Assembly (NCBI GenBank): GCA_963827685.1
Contig: CAWHBU010000003.1
Coordinates: 1 to 64,000 of the forward strand
Reading direction: 5' to 3'
DNA from: an uncultured delta proteobacterium
GTDB taxonomy: Bacteria; Desulfobacterota; BSN033; UBA1163
Length of the DNA: 64,000 nucleotides
The position numbers were made by a program, and so were the translations under genes. Shown one piece after another: positions 36,978 to 48,392 of this stretch. The notes beneath the pieces are model-generated. The model was not told where the DNA came from. It was given only the letters and a program-made list of their open reading frames with translations, and did not search any database. Numbering within the stretch: the first letter of the stretch is position 1; every line of letters starts with the position of its first letter.

Positions 36978-37020
36978 CCGTAATCAACAGAGCCGCGGTT
37001 CAAATCCGTCCGCAGGCTCC
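36978..37020 (+). repeat. Degenerate tRNA-Thr 3' half (second att scar)
   Basis: cgtaatcaacagagccgcggttcaaatccgtccgcaggctcc shares gcggttcaaatccgtccg..ggctcc with 30966-31009; followed by a terminator hairpin. Confidence 0.6.
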
Positions 37021-37023
37021 GGG

Positions 37024-37060
37024 GAAGAAGGGGCAACCCACCGGGGGTTGCCCCTTCTTT
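37024..37060 (+). terminator. Intrinsic terminator hairpin
   Basis: gaagaaggggcaaccc-accg-ggggttgccccttcttt. Confidence 0.65.
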
Positions 37061-37758
37061 GTTAGGATGAAGTTCAGTGAATCTTTATTGATACTTTGAT
37101 TCTCACCTTGTTTCCATAAGATCGATCTCCGGGTGAGAAGAGCTTGAGAAAAATATTTCTCTTTTTGTGAAAAGGATTCGAGACTTTTGTGAAAATCGCT
37201 TCCACTTCGGCTTTCACTAGAACAAACGGGATCTAAAGAAGTTTTATTTGAATTGTCATGGATCATCATCCATTTGCAACCATTGACACCAATGGAGGAT
37301 TCAACACTATTTGGTATAAGTCTTGCGTATATAGCGAGAGGGTTCTCACTTCCCCCGTGGGACAAGATACAAAACTAAGACAATGAGATATTTGATGCTG
37401 AACGGAGAGATGAATGAGAAGTTTCCTGATAAATAAGAACCTATCCCTTTATTACCATCTCAAAAAGAGAATCGGGAAGAGAATCGCCTTCGAGGTGGTC
37501 AACACGATCGAAAAGGTTATCCTCATTTTCGGGAGGGAACGGATACACCCCAAAAGAGTTAGAATTCACAATAAAGTCAAACAATTAGGGCTAATATTCA
37601 GTATTAAGAAGAGCATTTAAATATGGAGGCTTGTGAATTTTACTCATTTGACGAAATAAGAAGTAAAAGGAGGATCATCCGACATTAAGACGGGACCTCT
37701 CCGGACGATCTACCTTGAAAGAAGCTTCATTCTAAATGAATCATAGCGGAGTTCCTGT

Positions 37759-38190
37759 TTGAGAGCATCGACTAGACGGATTCTTAACGATCGACGACAA
37801 CGACCCACCCCCGTTTTAAGTAGGTTCATCCTGCGGGGTCGGAGAAGAAGCTTCCGAAGAAAGGAAGATCAGGAGAGGGGTGGCTATGTAGACCGTTATG
37901 ATTCGGGATTACTTTTCCCAATTGTTTTGATTGCGGGGTTAAATATTCTGGATGCATTGTTGACCATGATGATATTGGAGGATGGCGGATTGGAGATGAA
38001 CCCCATTGTTCACTCTGTCATTCAAATCTATGGAGATAGATTTTGGATTTGGAAATTTGCCATGGTCTCCGTTTCCTTGATTCTATTATGCCTTCACAAT
38101 AAATTCAGATTCGCTATACCTGCTATGTTGGGGGCAAGTGCCATCTACGTGACCGTTGTATTGTTCCAGATCTTCCTGATTATTTGTTGA
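37759..38190 (+). CDS. DUF5658-like membrane protein
   Basis: YVDRY, LNILDALLT......GG.EMNP, FWIWK. Confidence 0.7.
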   Translation: MRASTRRILNDRRQRPTPVLSRFILRGRRRSFRRKEDQERGGYVDRYDSGLLFPIVLIAGLNILDALLTMMILEDGGLEMNPIVHSVIQIYGDRFWIWKFAMVSVSLILLCLHNKFRFAIPAMLGASAIYVTVVLFQIFLIIC

Positions 38191-38293
38191 CGAGCGAGAA
38201 ATCCTTGGGAATTTGTGCTTACCACCACAGCACAGATTAATGGCTTAGCGATGAAAAGCGAAAGAAACCATCTTGGAAAATCTTCGGTTCCCT

Positions 38294-39745
38294 CTAAGAG
38301 ATATTCAAAAGGCCCTTCACTCGATTGATTTTGCCTTCGACCTCTCCTTGACGGCCAATCATGATGCGTTGGGCCATCGGGGAGCCAGCGCCATGCACAG
38401 ATTCGATCAGGTAGGCAACAGCACCGGCACCAGCAACGATATTTTCAACCAAACGCAAGACCTTCATCCGATCAACCACATCGACCCCTTTGACCGCAGC
38501 TAAGTATTTTTTGATATAGGGCCCTGCTACCGGGTCATCCATATCTTGGGCTGAGGGCATCGTTCCGAGCAACCCTCCAGCAATATCTGTGGCCAAACGG
38601 GCCAACTCAAACGGAAAACGAGTCACGTTAAGCTTGCAGACATTAGCCAAAAGCATATCCACTTCGTAGTTTCCCGCTTTCGTTCGGTGTCCTAAAGCTG
38701 AGCAGGCAATTCCACAGGCGAACATGGTCTCATTGAGGTGAATCATCTCGACAATCTTGTCTCGAATGTGGGAAGCATTTTCCACCCCGTTCATGCGGGC
38801 GATCAAGGCCGTCGCCCCGATGAGAACATCGCCGACTCCAACCTTACATCCTCCATAACTCTGGCGATGATAAGCTGCAAAACGTTCCACCAGTCTCCCA
38901 GACAGGCCGATTTCACCGTTTAAAAAGATGCGCTCCCCTGGAACAAACACATCTTCAAAAACCGTCATCACCTCCTGACCGCCGAAGGTGGGATTCCCCA
39001 CATCCAGCCGACCGGCTCCTTCCAGTTTTCGCGTGTCACTGGCCTGTCGACCGTAAATATACTTGATACCCGGTGTGTTGGTTGGAATGGCAAAACAAAT
39101 CGCCCAGTCCTCCTCCCCCCTGGTCAAGTTTGTCGTGGGCATAACGATCACTTCATGGGAGTTGATCATACCCGTTTGATGTAGTTTGGCACCACGAACC
39201 ACCACTCCGTTGCGTTTCTGTTCCACCACACGCAAGAATAGATCCGGATCTGATTGATCCTTGGGTCGTTTCCCCCGGTCACCCTTTGGATCGGTCATGG
39301 CCCCATCGACCACCAGGTCTTCGAGTTGAATGCGGGCCCAATACTCCCGAAAACGTTGATGGTAACTCGTGCCATGCTCCTGATCGCATTCATAGGTGAC
39401 ACTGAAGACCGCATTGGCGGCATCCATGCCAACGCATCGTTGGAAACAACATGCGGTGATGTTCCCACAGTGTCTCTGCATCATCACCTTTTTCATTAGA
39501 TCTTCGGGGCTTTGGTGCAAATGGGTAAAACGGTTGATCTCTTCCCCTGATAAGGAGGACCTTACCCGGAAAAGGCTCCGAGTCTCATCATTATAGGCAC
39601 AGTCGAAAGTTGACGCCACGGCATGAACCGAGGGCATAACCAATGGATGGTCAGGCAAATTTTGGGTTTTCTTGCCCATCACATTAGCCTCCAGCCCAAG
39701 AGACTTGAGCGAGGCTATATATTCTTCTCCTCTTTTAAGCGCCAT
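38294..39745 (-). CDS. abfD: 4-hydroxybutyryl-CoA dehydratase family protein
   Basis: TACCFQRCVGMDA, GAMTDPKGDR, GAKLHQTG, YHRQSYGGCK.GVGDV, ESVHGAGSP.AQ. Confidence 0.9.
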   Translation of the reverse strand: MALKRGEEYIASLKSLGLEANVMGKKTQNLPDHPLVMPSVHAVASTFDCAYNDETRSLFRVRSSLSGEEINRFTHLHQSPEDLMKKVMMQRHCGNITACCFQRCVGMDAANAVFSVTYECDQEHGTSYHQRFREYWARIQLEDLVVDGAMTDPKGDRGKRPKDQSDPDLFLRVVEQKRNGVVVRGAKLHQTGMINSHEVIVMPTTNLTRGEEDWAICFAIPTNTPGIKYIYGRQASDTRKLEGAGRLDVGNPTFGGQEVMTVFEDVFVPGERIFLNGEIGLSGRLVERFAAYHRQSYGGCKVGVGDVLIGATALIARMNGVENASHIRDKIVEMIHLNETMFACGIACSALGHRTKAGNYEVDMLLANVCKLNVTRFPFELARLATDIAGGLLGTMPSAQDMDDPVAGPYIKKYLAAVKGVDVVDRMKVLRLVENIVAGAGAVAYLIESVHGAGSPMAQRIMIGRQGEVEGKINRVKGLLNIS

Positions 39746-40144
39746 CTCTAACTCCTCCCCGGTTCCAATCTCATCACAAAGACTGATGAGTAGCTCTTAT
39801 CTCAAACCATCACTCCCGCCTAAGCACTAATAGTGTTTGAATATTATTGAAAGACCATCTAGCGATTATTAACTTATCATATATTAACCTCTTGCAAAAG
39901 AAATTTCCATTGCCGAATCGCATTTCCGGCATTTCTGGGGTGGTATTCTCGAAAGGGCGTTCATCTGTGCCCTTTCAAGGATTGACAAGGGATGGCTTCT
40001 AAATTGGAAACGATGTATCCGTGGGAACGGGCGGGGATAATTTCAAAACTCTAACTATCCAAATCGGTGAGAAGAACTGAAGCAGGACCCTATGACTCTC
40101 CAGGGAAGATCCCACGAGGGTCTCCTGGAATTACTGCCATACAG

Positions 40145-42490
40145 TTACTCCGAGGTTTCACCTGTGACGGTCTGAGGGTCGTGCTGGCAGGTATCATGCC
40201 CTCTCTGTTTAGAATCATACATCGCCTTATCAGCACGGCTCACCAGGGTATCGACATCCGCGCCGTCATCGGGGTAGATCGCAATCCCGATACTGGCGGT
40301 GATAAAGACTTCGTGGCCATCCGCGATAAAGGGCTGTCGGAGGACATCCTGAACCGTTTGAGAAATGGTGATAACATCCTCTACCTGATCGATATTTGCC
40401 AATAACAGCAAGAATTCATCCCCCCCCAAACGGGCGACCGTATCCGTTTTGCGCAGGAGATCTGTCAGTCGGGTGCCAACGGCATACAACAGCCTGTCTC
40501 CTACATCATGTCCCAGCGTATCATTAACTTCTTTGAACCGATCCAAGTCAAGGAATATCACAGCCAGTTTCTTGTGCACTCGCTGGGCTTGAGCCATCGC
40601 TACGCTGAAACGGTCTTTAAACAACATCCGGTTGGGCAGGCCGGTCAAAAGGTCGTGAGTGGCTTTGTAAGCAAGCTCCTCCTCCGTTCGCTTACGTTCG
40701 GTAACGTCCGACAACATCACAATGATCCTGCCGTCATCTAAGAAAGTCAGCTTGAACTCTATCTCCTTTACTTCCCCATCTTTGCAAAGAACACTCCAAA
40801 CCCTATCGACCGCTTTGCGAGGAGTAATATCCTCTTTCCACGTGGCAATTATCTTATGCCGGTATTCCGGGTCAGGAAAAGCATTACGGAACCATTCTCT
40901 CCCATTAGGAACATCCTTGATGGTATAACCGGTGATGGCGGTAAATTCAGGATTGACATAGAGAAACGTCTCATCCGTATTGATCAAGAGCGCACCATAG
41001 GGTTCCTTTTGCAAGATGGAGAAAAAGGTTTCCCGCTCCTGCTGTAATACTCTCTCAAACCGCTTGCGCTCGGTGATGTCCCGTACAATCCCTCTAAACC
41101 CTATCGGTTCACCGGACGAATCTTTTTGTAACACTATAGATTCCTCAACGTATCTTTTAGTCCCATCTTTCCTGATAATCTCATGATCAAACCCTCTGCC
41201 GGGTTTCCCTGTCCTGTAGACTTGATTAAAAGCCTGAAACAGTCTCTTAGCGTTCTCTGGATCTGTATACTGCCGGTTATTCATGCCCATCAATTCCTCT
41301 TTGGAGTACCCCAATAGTCGGCACATTGAATCGTTAAGAAAGGTAAAGTTACCGGCAAGGTCTGTTTCATAATAACCCTCTTCAATGCTCTCAAGAATGG
41401 TCCGATATTTCTCCTCACTTTGGCGCAGTGCTTCTTCTGCCCGCTTACGCTCAATAAAAAGCTGTGCATTGGCAATGGCACCGGCAATCTCATGACCCAC
41501 CTCTTCGGCAAGTCTCAGATCCTTCTCGCGATAAGCATTCGACTTCGTCGAGTGAAAATGAAGGGCTCCAACCACTTCATCTTTTGAGATCAATGGGATT
41601 GCCATCAGCGAACGAATTCCAGCTTGAAAAGACACTAAGAGTCCAGGGAACCTATCGGTTACCTTCTTCGGGTCTTCCGCCTGGATAACCATGCTCTTCC
41701 GAGTACGCACGGCCTCTCCTGCAAGGGTGCCAACTAAGGGGATGGCAGTCCCTTTCAAGCGGTCTTTTACATCCACTCCTGTAACATAGGCAACGGTAAC
41801 CGTTTCATCTTCATAATTGATGGTATTGATTGCGATCCTATCAAAAGGGATAAGTTTTTTTACTTCTTCGGCGAAGTGCTCGTATATCTCCTCTATGTTG
41901 AGCGTGGAGCTTACGATTCGCCCTATCTCAGCCATAATGGCATTCTCTTGAGCCAGCCGTTTTGCCGTTTCCTCACTCCGTCGCAGCGTCTCTTCCGCTT
42001 TCTTGCGCTCGGTGATGTCGCGTATAATTCCTCTAAACCCTATCGGTTTACCCGATGAATCTCTCATTATCGAAAAAGATGTCTCAACGTATCTTTGGGC
42101 CCCATCTTTTCGAATAATCTCATAATCAACTATTTTACCGGGTTCCCCTGTTTTGTAGGCTCGATTAAAATCCTGAAACAGTCTCCGGGCGGTCTCCTGA
42201 TCTGTAAACTGCCGGTTATTCATGCCCATCAATTCCTCTTTAGGGTACCCCCATATTCGACACATTGAATCATTGAGGAAGGTATAGTTACCGGCAAGGT
42301 CAACTTCGTAATAACCCTCTTGGATGTTTTCAAGGATGTTTCTATATTTCTCCTCACTCTGGCGCAGTGCTTCTTCCGCCTGGTTATGTTGGGTTTCTAA
42401 TTCTTCTAACTCAGCAATCTGTTGACGCAGTTCTACCACTTCATGGATGAGCTGATTTTTTGTTTTATCTTTCTCTTGCGTTCTATTCAT
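40145..42490 (-). CDS. PAS-GAF-PAS-PAS diguanylate cyclase
   Basis: HDLLTGLPNR, DLDRFK.VND.LGH, RKTD I-site, GGDEF. Confidence 0.92.
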   Translation of the reverse strand: MNRTQEKDKTKNQLIHEVVELRQQIAELEELETQHNQAEEALRQSEEKYRNILENIQEGYYEVDLAGNYTFLNDSMCRIWGYPKEELMGMNNRQFTDQETARRLFQDFNRAYKTGEPGKIVDYEIIRKDGAQRYVETSFSIMRDSSGKPIGFRGIIRDITERKKAEETLRRSEETAKRLAQENAIMAEIGRIVSSTLNIEEIYEHFAEEVKKLIPFDRIAINTINYEDETVTVAYVTGVDVKDRLKGTAIPLVGTLAGEAVRTRKSMVIQAEDPKKVTDRFPGLLVSFQAGIRSLMAIPLISKDEVVGALHFHSTKSNAYREKDLRLAEEVGHEIAGAIANAQLFIERKRAEEALRQSEEKYRTILESIEEGYYETDLAGNFTFLNDSMCRLLGYSKEELMGMNNRQYTDPENAKRLFQAFNQVYRTGKPGRGFDHEIIRKDGTKRYVEESIVLQKDSSGEPIGFRGIVRDITERKRFERVLQQERETFFSILQKEPYGALLINTDETFLYVNPEFTAITGYTIKDVPNGREWFRNAFPDPEYRHKIIATWKEDITPRKAVDRVWSVLCKDGEVKEIEFKLTFLDDGRIIVMLSDVTERKRTEEELAYKATHDLLTGLPNRMLFKDRFSVAMAQAQRVHKKLAVIFLDLDRFKEVNDTLGHDVGDRLLYAVGTRLTDLLRKTDTVARLGGDEFLLLLANIDQVEDVITISQTVQDVLRQPFIADGHEVFITASIGIAIYPDDGADVDTLVSRADKAMYDSKQRGHDTCQHDPQTVTGETSE

Positions 42491-42581
42491 ATAACCATGT
42501 AATGGATGTTCACTATTTTAATCCAACGGGTGCCTTCCCACAACACTCAGATGTCAAAATATATTTTTGTTATACAAATTA

Positions 42582-42597
42582 TGCAATTTTGGTGCCC
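42582..42597 (-). promoter_or_regulatory. Sigma54-type promoter
   Basis: GGCACCAAAATTGCA (GG-N10-GC); palindrome TGACAC-TTTT-TGTCA about 90 bp upstream (42685-42699). Confidence 0.6.
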
Positions 42598-42965
42598 CCC
42601 TAAAAATATATTGTTTTAATCAACTAACTATTTGAGTTAATAAGGATTTTTTGGTGTATCGAAACACAAGTGGCGGACGATAAATGACACTTTTTGTCAA
42701 TTCGGATTGTACTGGTATTTTGATCCCTGAGTGAGGGGTGCGAAAGGTTGATCCTCGGGCTCCCACGATTTGGCAGGAATGCTTCCAAAACGTTATCAAG
42801 TCGATAAGACCCGACCACGGGCGGATTGTTAAAATGGAATGGTTTAGTTCGGGTAAGAACCTACCAAGCATGCTCAAACAAGTCCGCAAGAGCAATGCTA
42901 AGGCAGCCCCATGACCTCGTGGAAGAAATCATATAATAAAGGCTTCTGGAGGTGGTACCCGAAAG

Positions 42966-45368
42966 TCAGTTTGAAGTTTCACTATCGATGGCCTGAGAGT
43001 AGCGCTGGTAGGTATCATGCCCACTCTGCTTAGCATTATACATTGCCTTGTCAGCACGGCTCACCAGGGTATCGACATCCACGCCGTCATCGGGGTAGAT
43101 CGCAATCCCGATACTGGTGCTGATAGAAACGTCATGGCCATCGAGGAAAAAGGGCTGTCGGAGGGCATATAGAACAGCTTGAGCAATGGTGACTGCGTCC
43201 TCCCCCTGATCTATATCAGGCAATAACAGCAAAAATTCATCCCCCCCCATACGAGCGACCGTATCGGTTTTGCGCACAAGGTCTGTTAATCGGTTGCCGA
43301 CGGCATTCAACAGCCCGTCTCCTGCATCATGGCCCAGCGTATCATTAACTTCTTTGAACCGATCCAAGTCAAGGAATATCACAGCCAGCTTCTTGTGCAC
43401 TCGCTGGGCTTGAGCCATCGCTACGCTGAAACGGTCTTTAAACAACATCCGGTTGGGCAGGCCGGTCAAAAGGTCGTGGGTGGCCTTGTAAGCAAGTTCC
43501 TCCTCCGTCCGCTTACGCTCGGTAACGTCGGACAACATCACAATGACCCTCCCATCATCTAAAAATGTCAGCTTGAACTCTATTTCCTTTACCTCCCCAT
43601 CCTTGCAAACAACACTCCAAACCCTATCAACCCCTTTGCGAGGAGTAGCATCCTCCTTCCATATGGCGATTATCTTATGCCGGTATTCCGGGTCAGGAAA
43701 AGCATTACGGAGCCATTCTCTCCCGGTAGGAACATCCTTTATGGTATAACCGGTGATGGCGGTAAATTCAGGATTGATATAGAGAAACGTGTCATCCGCA
43801 TCGATCAAGAGCGCACCATAGGGTTCTTTTTGCAAGATGGAGAAAAAGGTCTCCCGCTCCTGCTGTAATACTCTCTCAAACTGCTTGCGCTCGGTGATGT
43901 CCCGTGCAATCCCTCTAAACCCTATCGGGTTACCTGATGCATCTTTTCGTAACGATACAGATGTCTCAATGTATCTCTTGGTCCCATCTTTTCTTATAAT
44001 CTCATAATCATATCCTCTGTGAGGTTTCCCTGTCCTGTAGACTTGATTAAAACCTTGAAACAGTTTCTTAGCGTTCTCTCGGTCTGTATACTGCCGGTTA
44101 CTCATACCCATCAATTCCTCTTTGGGGTACCCAAATATTCGGCACATCGAGTCGTTGAAAAAGGTGAAGTTACCGGCAAGATCAACTTCGCAATAACCCT
44201 CTTCGATGCTTTCAAGAATGGTTCGATATTTCTCCTCACTTTGGCGTAGCGCCTCCTCGGCTTGCTTGCGCTCGGTGATGTCGTGAATGATGGAGTACAA
44301 TAGTTGTTTGCCACGCATGAAAAGCGGGCCACTGTTGACCTCGACGTCCCGGATCTGACCATTCGCCAGCCGATGCTGATAGTGAAAATGGTTTTGCTGC
44401 TCGGTCAGAGCACGTTGCATCTCGGTCTTGACCTCCTCGGCCGTCAGGGTGTTGATATCCGTCATCTTAAGCTTGAGGATCTTTTCATAGGGGTAGCCAT
44501 AGAAAACGCAGGCCCCTAAGTTGGCATCCACAATCGTCGCTGTTTCCGGATCGATCATCAGCATGGCCGCCTGATTCTTCTTAAACAGGCTGTGATAGCG
44601 TGCCTCGCTTTCGTGCAATTCTTTCTCAGCCCGCCGGAGCGCAGTGATGTCCTGCATCATGCCGATCATACGAATCGCTTTTCCCGGCCCACCGGTCATG
44701 AAATTTCCGCGGTCGTGGACCCAGCGATAGGCGCCGTCCTTATGAGGGAAGCGGTATTGCGCGTCAAAGGGTGTCAGATATTTTTCTGCAATCTTTAACA
44801 TCCGAAGGACCTTTTCCCGATCCTCCGGATGGATCATCTGCTCCCATTGGGCAATTCCTCCCCGCATCTCATCGGGGGAATATCCCAGTACCTGTTCGAG
44901 GCAGTCGCCCCACATCATGTCGCCCGTGCTGACATCGCACTCGTACGCGAGCTGTCCAGAGGCTGCAAACAGCAGCTCATAGCGGGTCTTCCAGGCGGCC
45001 ATCTCCTCTTCGGCTCTTTCGCGTCTTGTTCTGTGGACTTGATTAAGAGATTGAAACACTTTCTTTCCGTTCTCTTCATCCGTATATTGCCGGTCATTCA
45101 TGCCCATCAATGCCTCTCTTGGGTACCCATGGATTCGGCACATGGATCGTTGAAAAAGGGGAAGTTGCCCGCAAGGTCTACTTCGTAATAACCCTCTCCG
45201 ATGCTTTCAAGAACGGTTCGACATTTCTCCTCACTCTCCCACAACACCTGCTTAACCTGGTTGTCATAGGTTTCAAATTCTTCTAACTCACCAATCCGTT
45301 GACGCAGTGCTGTCAATTCACGGGTGAGCTGATCTTTTGTTTTTTCTCTATCTCTCATTCTATTCACA
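42966..45368 (-). pseudogene. Multi-PAS diguanylate cyclase, frameshifted near the N-terminus
   Basis: The N-terminal ORF (45107-45388) joins the main ORF by a 1-nt deletion at FFND-[S]-MC (about 45145); the first PAS domain is internally deleted; GGDEF is intact. Confidence 0.8.
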
Positions 45369-45387
45369 TAAAGGTATATTTTTATCA

Positions 45388-45402
45388 TGCAATTTTGGTG
45401 CC
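45388..45402 (-). promoter_or_regulatory. Sigma54-type promoter (duplicate)
   Basis: Same GGCACCAAAATTGCA motif; same palindrome at 45491-45505. Confidence 0.6.
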
Positions 45403-45911
45403 CTCCTAAATTTATATTGTTTTAATGAACTAACTATTTAAATTAAAAAGGATTTTGGGGTGGATCAAAAACCACATAGCGGGCAACAAATGACACTTTT
45501 TGTCAATACGGATTGTGCAGGTATTCTTCATGATTCAAGGTCAGTTGGGACTCAGTGAGGTCTTTTCCTATTAATTCAACGCCAGTCCTTTCCCTTTTAC
45601 CTTTTGACCTTGAATTTTTAGGCTTAGTTATTAAATTTAAATAAGACAGGAGGTGTTAATAATGAAAAAAGGTGATAAGAAAGCCAAAGCGAAAAAAACA
45701 AACACACCTGCTTTGTATGATTGCTGTTGGTATGAGCCTTCTTACAGTGATCTTTGCTGTGGTGGGGTTTGCTGTTGCTGACAGGCAGTGAGAATAAAAT
45801 GGTTTCGGTATTTGGAGATAATGCTTTCACTTTCAATATTCTTTCGAGACCATGATTAGAGATCACGGACTTTGGCCTGACCAGGAATCTACATTGTTTA
45901 ACGGGTTCTGA

Positions 45912-46241
45912 CTACAGCCTTTCCATCTCAAAACTATATCGAGATGGATACTCTAAGATCCAGACGAAAGGCACGAGAAGAAAGATACCTCCTATCAAAG
46001 CCGGAATCGAAAGTTTTTCCCATTCGATATAGCCGTTGAAGTCTTTGTAACCCTCTTTTTTTAGAGTCACCGTCTTCACTGTCCCAGCCACTGCTTTATC
46101 TGTATAAAAATGAGGTGTTTCTCCCACGACCTTTCCGTCCACTTGTAACTTGGCCCCTGGCGGATTGGATTTTATTAAGGTCGTGCTTGCACACCCAATG
46201 AGAAAAAAGAACGCCATGGTTAATACAGTTGCCTTTCTCAT
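45912..46241 (-). CDS. PEGA-domain lipoprotein
   Basis: LIGC lipobox; I.SNP.GA...VDG...G.TP and LKKEGY. Confidence 0.8.
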   Translation of the reverse strand: MRKATVLTMAFFFLIGCASTTLIKSNPPGAKLQVDGKVVGETPHFYTDKAVAGTVKTVTLKKEGYKDFNGYIEWEKLSIPALIGGIFLLVPFVWILEYPSRYSFEMERL

Positions 46242-46580
46242 TGTTCCTCCCCTTAAATAATATCTATTTTCATCCTTATCCCCCGGTTAAACCGATTTTC
46301 CGTCCGGATAGCTTGAAAGAGGATTTCCATTTTTTAGTGAAGCTCCCCTCCCACAGGGCGGGGCATTCTGCAGCATTTTCGTAAAAGATTACTTGATTTG
46401 AATAAGCGGGTCAAGATGAATTTGAAGAGTGAAGAGCTAAAGTTTACGAAAAATATAATCATTTTAGGGAGGTCTGCGAAGGAACTAAATACCAAACAGG
46501 ATATTAATAAAAAGGGGGGTACTTCTACCCCCCCTAAAACCTTTACGAACCCACTGACCTCTCTTTGATCAGAGAAAAGA

Positions 46581-47129
46581 TCACTTGCCTTTGAACTTGA
46601 CAATATATTTAGCTAAGGCCTCGCCATTTCTATCCATGGCGTATTCTACCGTATCATTGGCACCCGTAGAGGATGTCCTCAGATCGGTCTCATAGATGAC
46701 GTTGCCGCTTTCCTTGTCGATGAACTTGTAGTGGGCGGCGAAGTAAGCCGTACCGGTATGTTCTCCAAAGGGAACAAAGGACCGTCCTATACGCCTCCCC
46801 ACAGTAGGAGGGTTATACTCTTTGACCTCTCCCTTTATAATGAGCACTTTTCCCCCAGGCGGGGCCGCTTTACCCGCCTTCCCTCCTTCTTTAACGATTG
46901 TGTCAAAGAGGCTATATTTTTCATTATACCTCTTGATCTGGAAAACCGCCTTCTCAGCCATCTGCAAACCTGCCGACTCAGGTGCTGGCGAACCAGAAGG
47001 GACTTCAAGATCCTTAACGATCACTGCATTATAATCCTTGAGGATAGCCTCTGCCGCCATAATCGGGCTATTGGCTCCTAAAACCACTCCCAACACCAAA
47101 AAGATCGCAAAAAAATTCTTTACCTTCAT
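46581..47129 (-). CDS. Secreted protein (DUF4410-like)
   Basis: Signal peptide after GGAGG SD; LIIKGEV.EYNP....R motif. Confidence 0.6.
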   Translation of the reverse strand: MKVKNFFAIFLVLGVVLGANSPIMAAEAILKDYNAVIVKDLEVPSGSPAPESAGLQMAEKAVFQIKRYNEKYSLFDTIVKEGGKAGKAAPPGGKVLIIKGEVKEYNPPTVGRRIGRSFVPFGEHTGTAYFAAHYKFIDKESGNVIYETDLRTSSTGANDTVEYAMDRNGEALAKYIVKFKGK

Positions 47130-47511
47130 AAATTTTCCTCCTTTGAGTGAATGATTACTAATTTTGTCCTTCTTTTTTAGTTCCGTCAATAGAATTCTTA
47201 ATTTTATTTTATCATATTTTCGGTGATTGATTTTCAATCCACTTGCCTTCTTCAAGAAAAATGTTTTGAATAGAAACCTTATTTTTTTCTCAGAGTTTAA
47301 GTAACTTTAACTTAACACATAAAATTGAAACATTAAAGGTTCATGGGATGGAAAAAGATCTGATAGCGGTATGACGCTGCCATCCACCCCGCCTCTATCA
47401 TCAACCGGACCCGTTCCTGGAAAATTGGAAAGTAGCAGGCCGGTTACAGGTCAGACAATGCTTTGACTCCTTTCGCACTTATCCATTTATGGCAGACGAC
47501 CTTAGAAAGTA

Positions 47512-47625
47512 GTCATTGCGAGGAGCGAAGCTCTGCACCGCATGGTGTAAAGGGGGAGCGATCCCGCCAAAGGCGGGACAATCCCATAAGATTGCTTCCT
47601 CCCGCAGGGCGGGATTCGCAATGAC
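47512..47625. repeat. GTCATTGCGA...TCGCAATGAC palindromic element
   Basis: 10-bp terminal inverted repeats with internal hairpins. Confidence 0.6.
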
Positions 47626-48392
47626 AATCTCAAAATGGAAATATACTTAAGTCGTTCACTATAGTTGCCCTAATTGCTCGTTCAGTTCATCCATCGTCCG
47701 CCGGATTTCGTCGGTCTGTCCATGGGCCTTGGACAGGAGGGACTCGATCGTAGCCAGCTCATCCTGAACATACTTCAAAGCTTGCTTCTTCATCTCCTCA
47801 ATAGCCTTATTGATCCGGTCTTCCCACTGGGCAGCGAGACGAGAAAGGTTTACCACCACGATGTTTGGAACCTGGTTTAAATAATGCCTCTCAAAGAGAC
47901 GTCGAAAAATAAACATGGGGATCAGGAACCAGAATAAATTGAGATGAAAATCAAAAGTCCGGCTTATTCTGATGTCCGGCTGATTGGGTTCGGTTACTTC
48001 GATCTTCCACTCTGTTTCTGCAAGTCGCAAGCCGAGCACTCTCTCTATGTTTTGGTTCAGAAGGGTCCTAAAAGCTTCCAGGGATCTGGAGAGACTGGCA
48101 TGGGCTTTTTTAAGAGTGCCCCAAAAATGCTTATGTTCAGTTTTTGACATATGACCGATCTCTTCGGCCAAGGTTTCCTTGAGCCAATTCTCATATTGGT
48201 CAGTAAGCTTCGAGAGATTCCCTTTCCACGAAGGCATCTCTTTGAGTAACATCTCCACCAACTTCTTCTTAAGATGAGGTTGATGAAATTTTCCCAGGTA
48301 ATTCTGGATGATCTCCCGGGTCTGTTGGGAATTTTCTCGAGTGATCAGGGTGATTTCCTGACGTATCAGCTCGTAATTCACTTTCTCATCTA

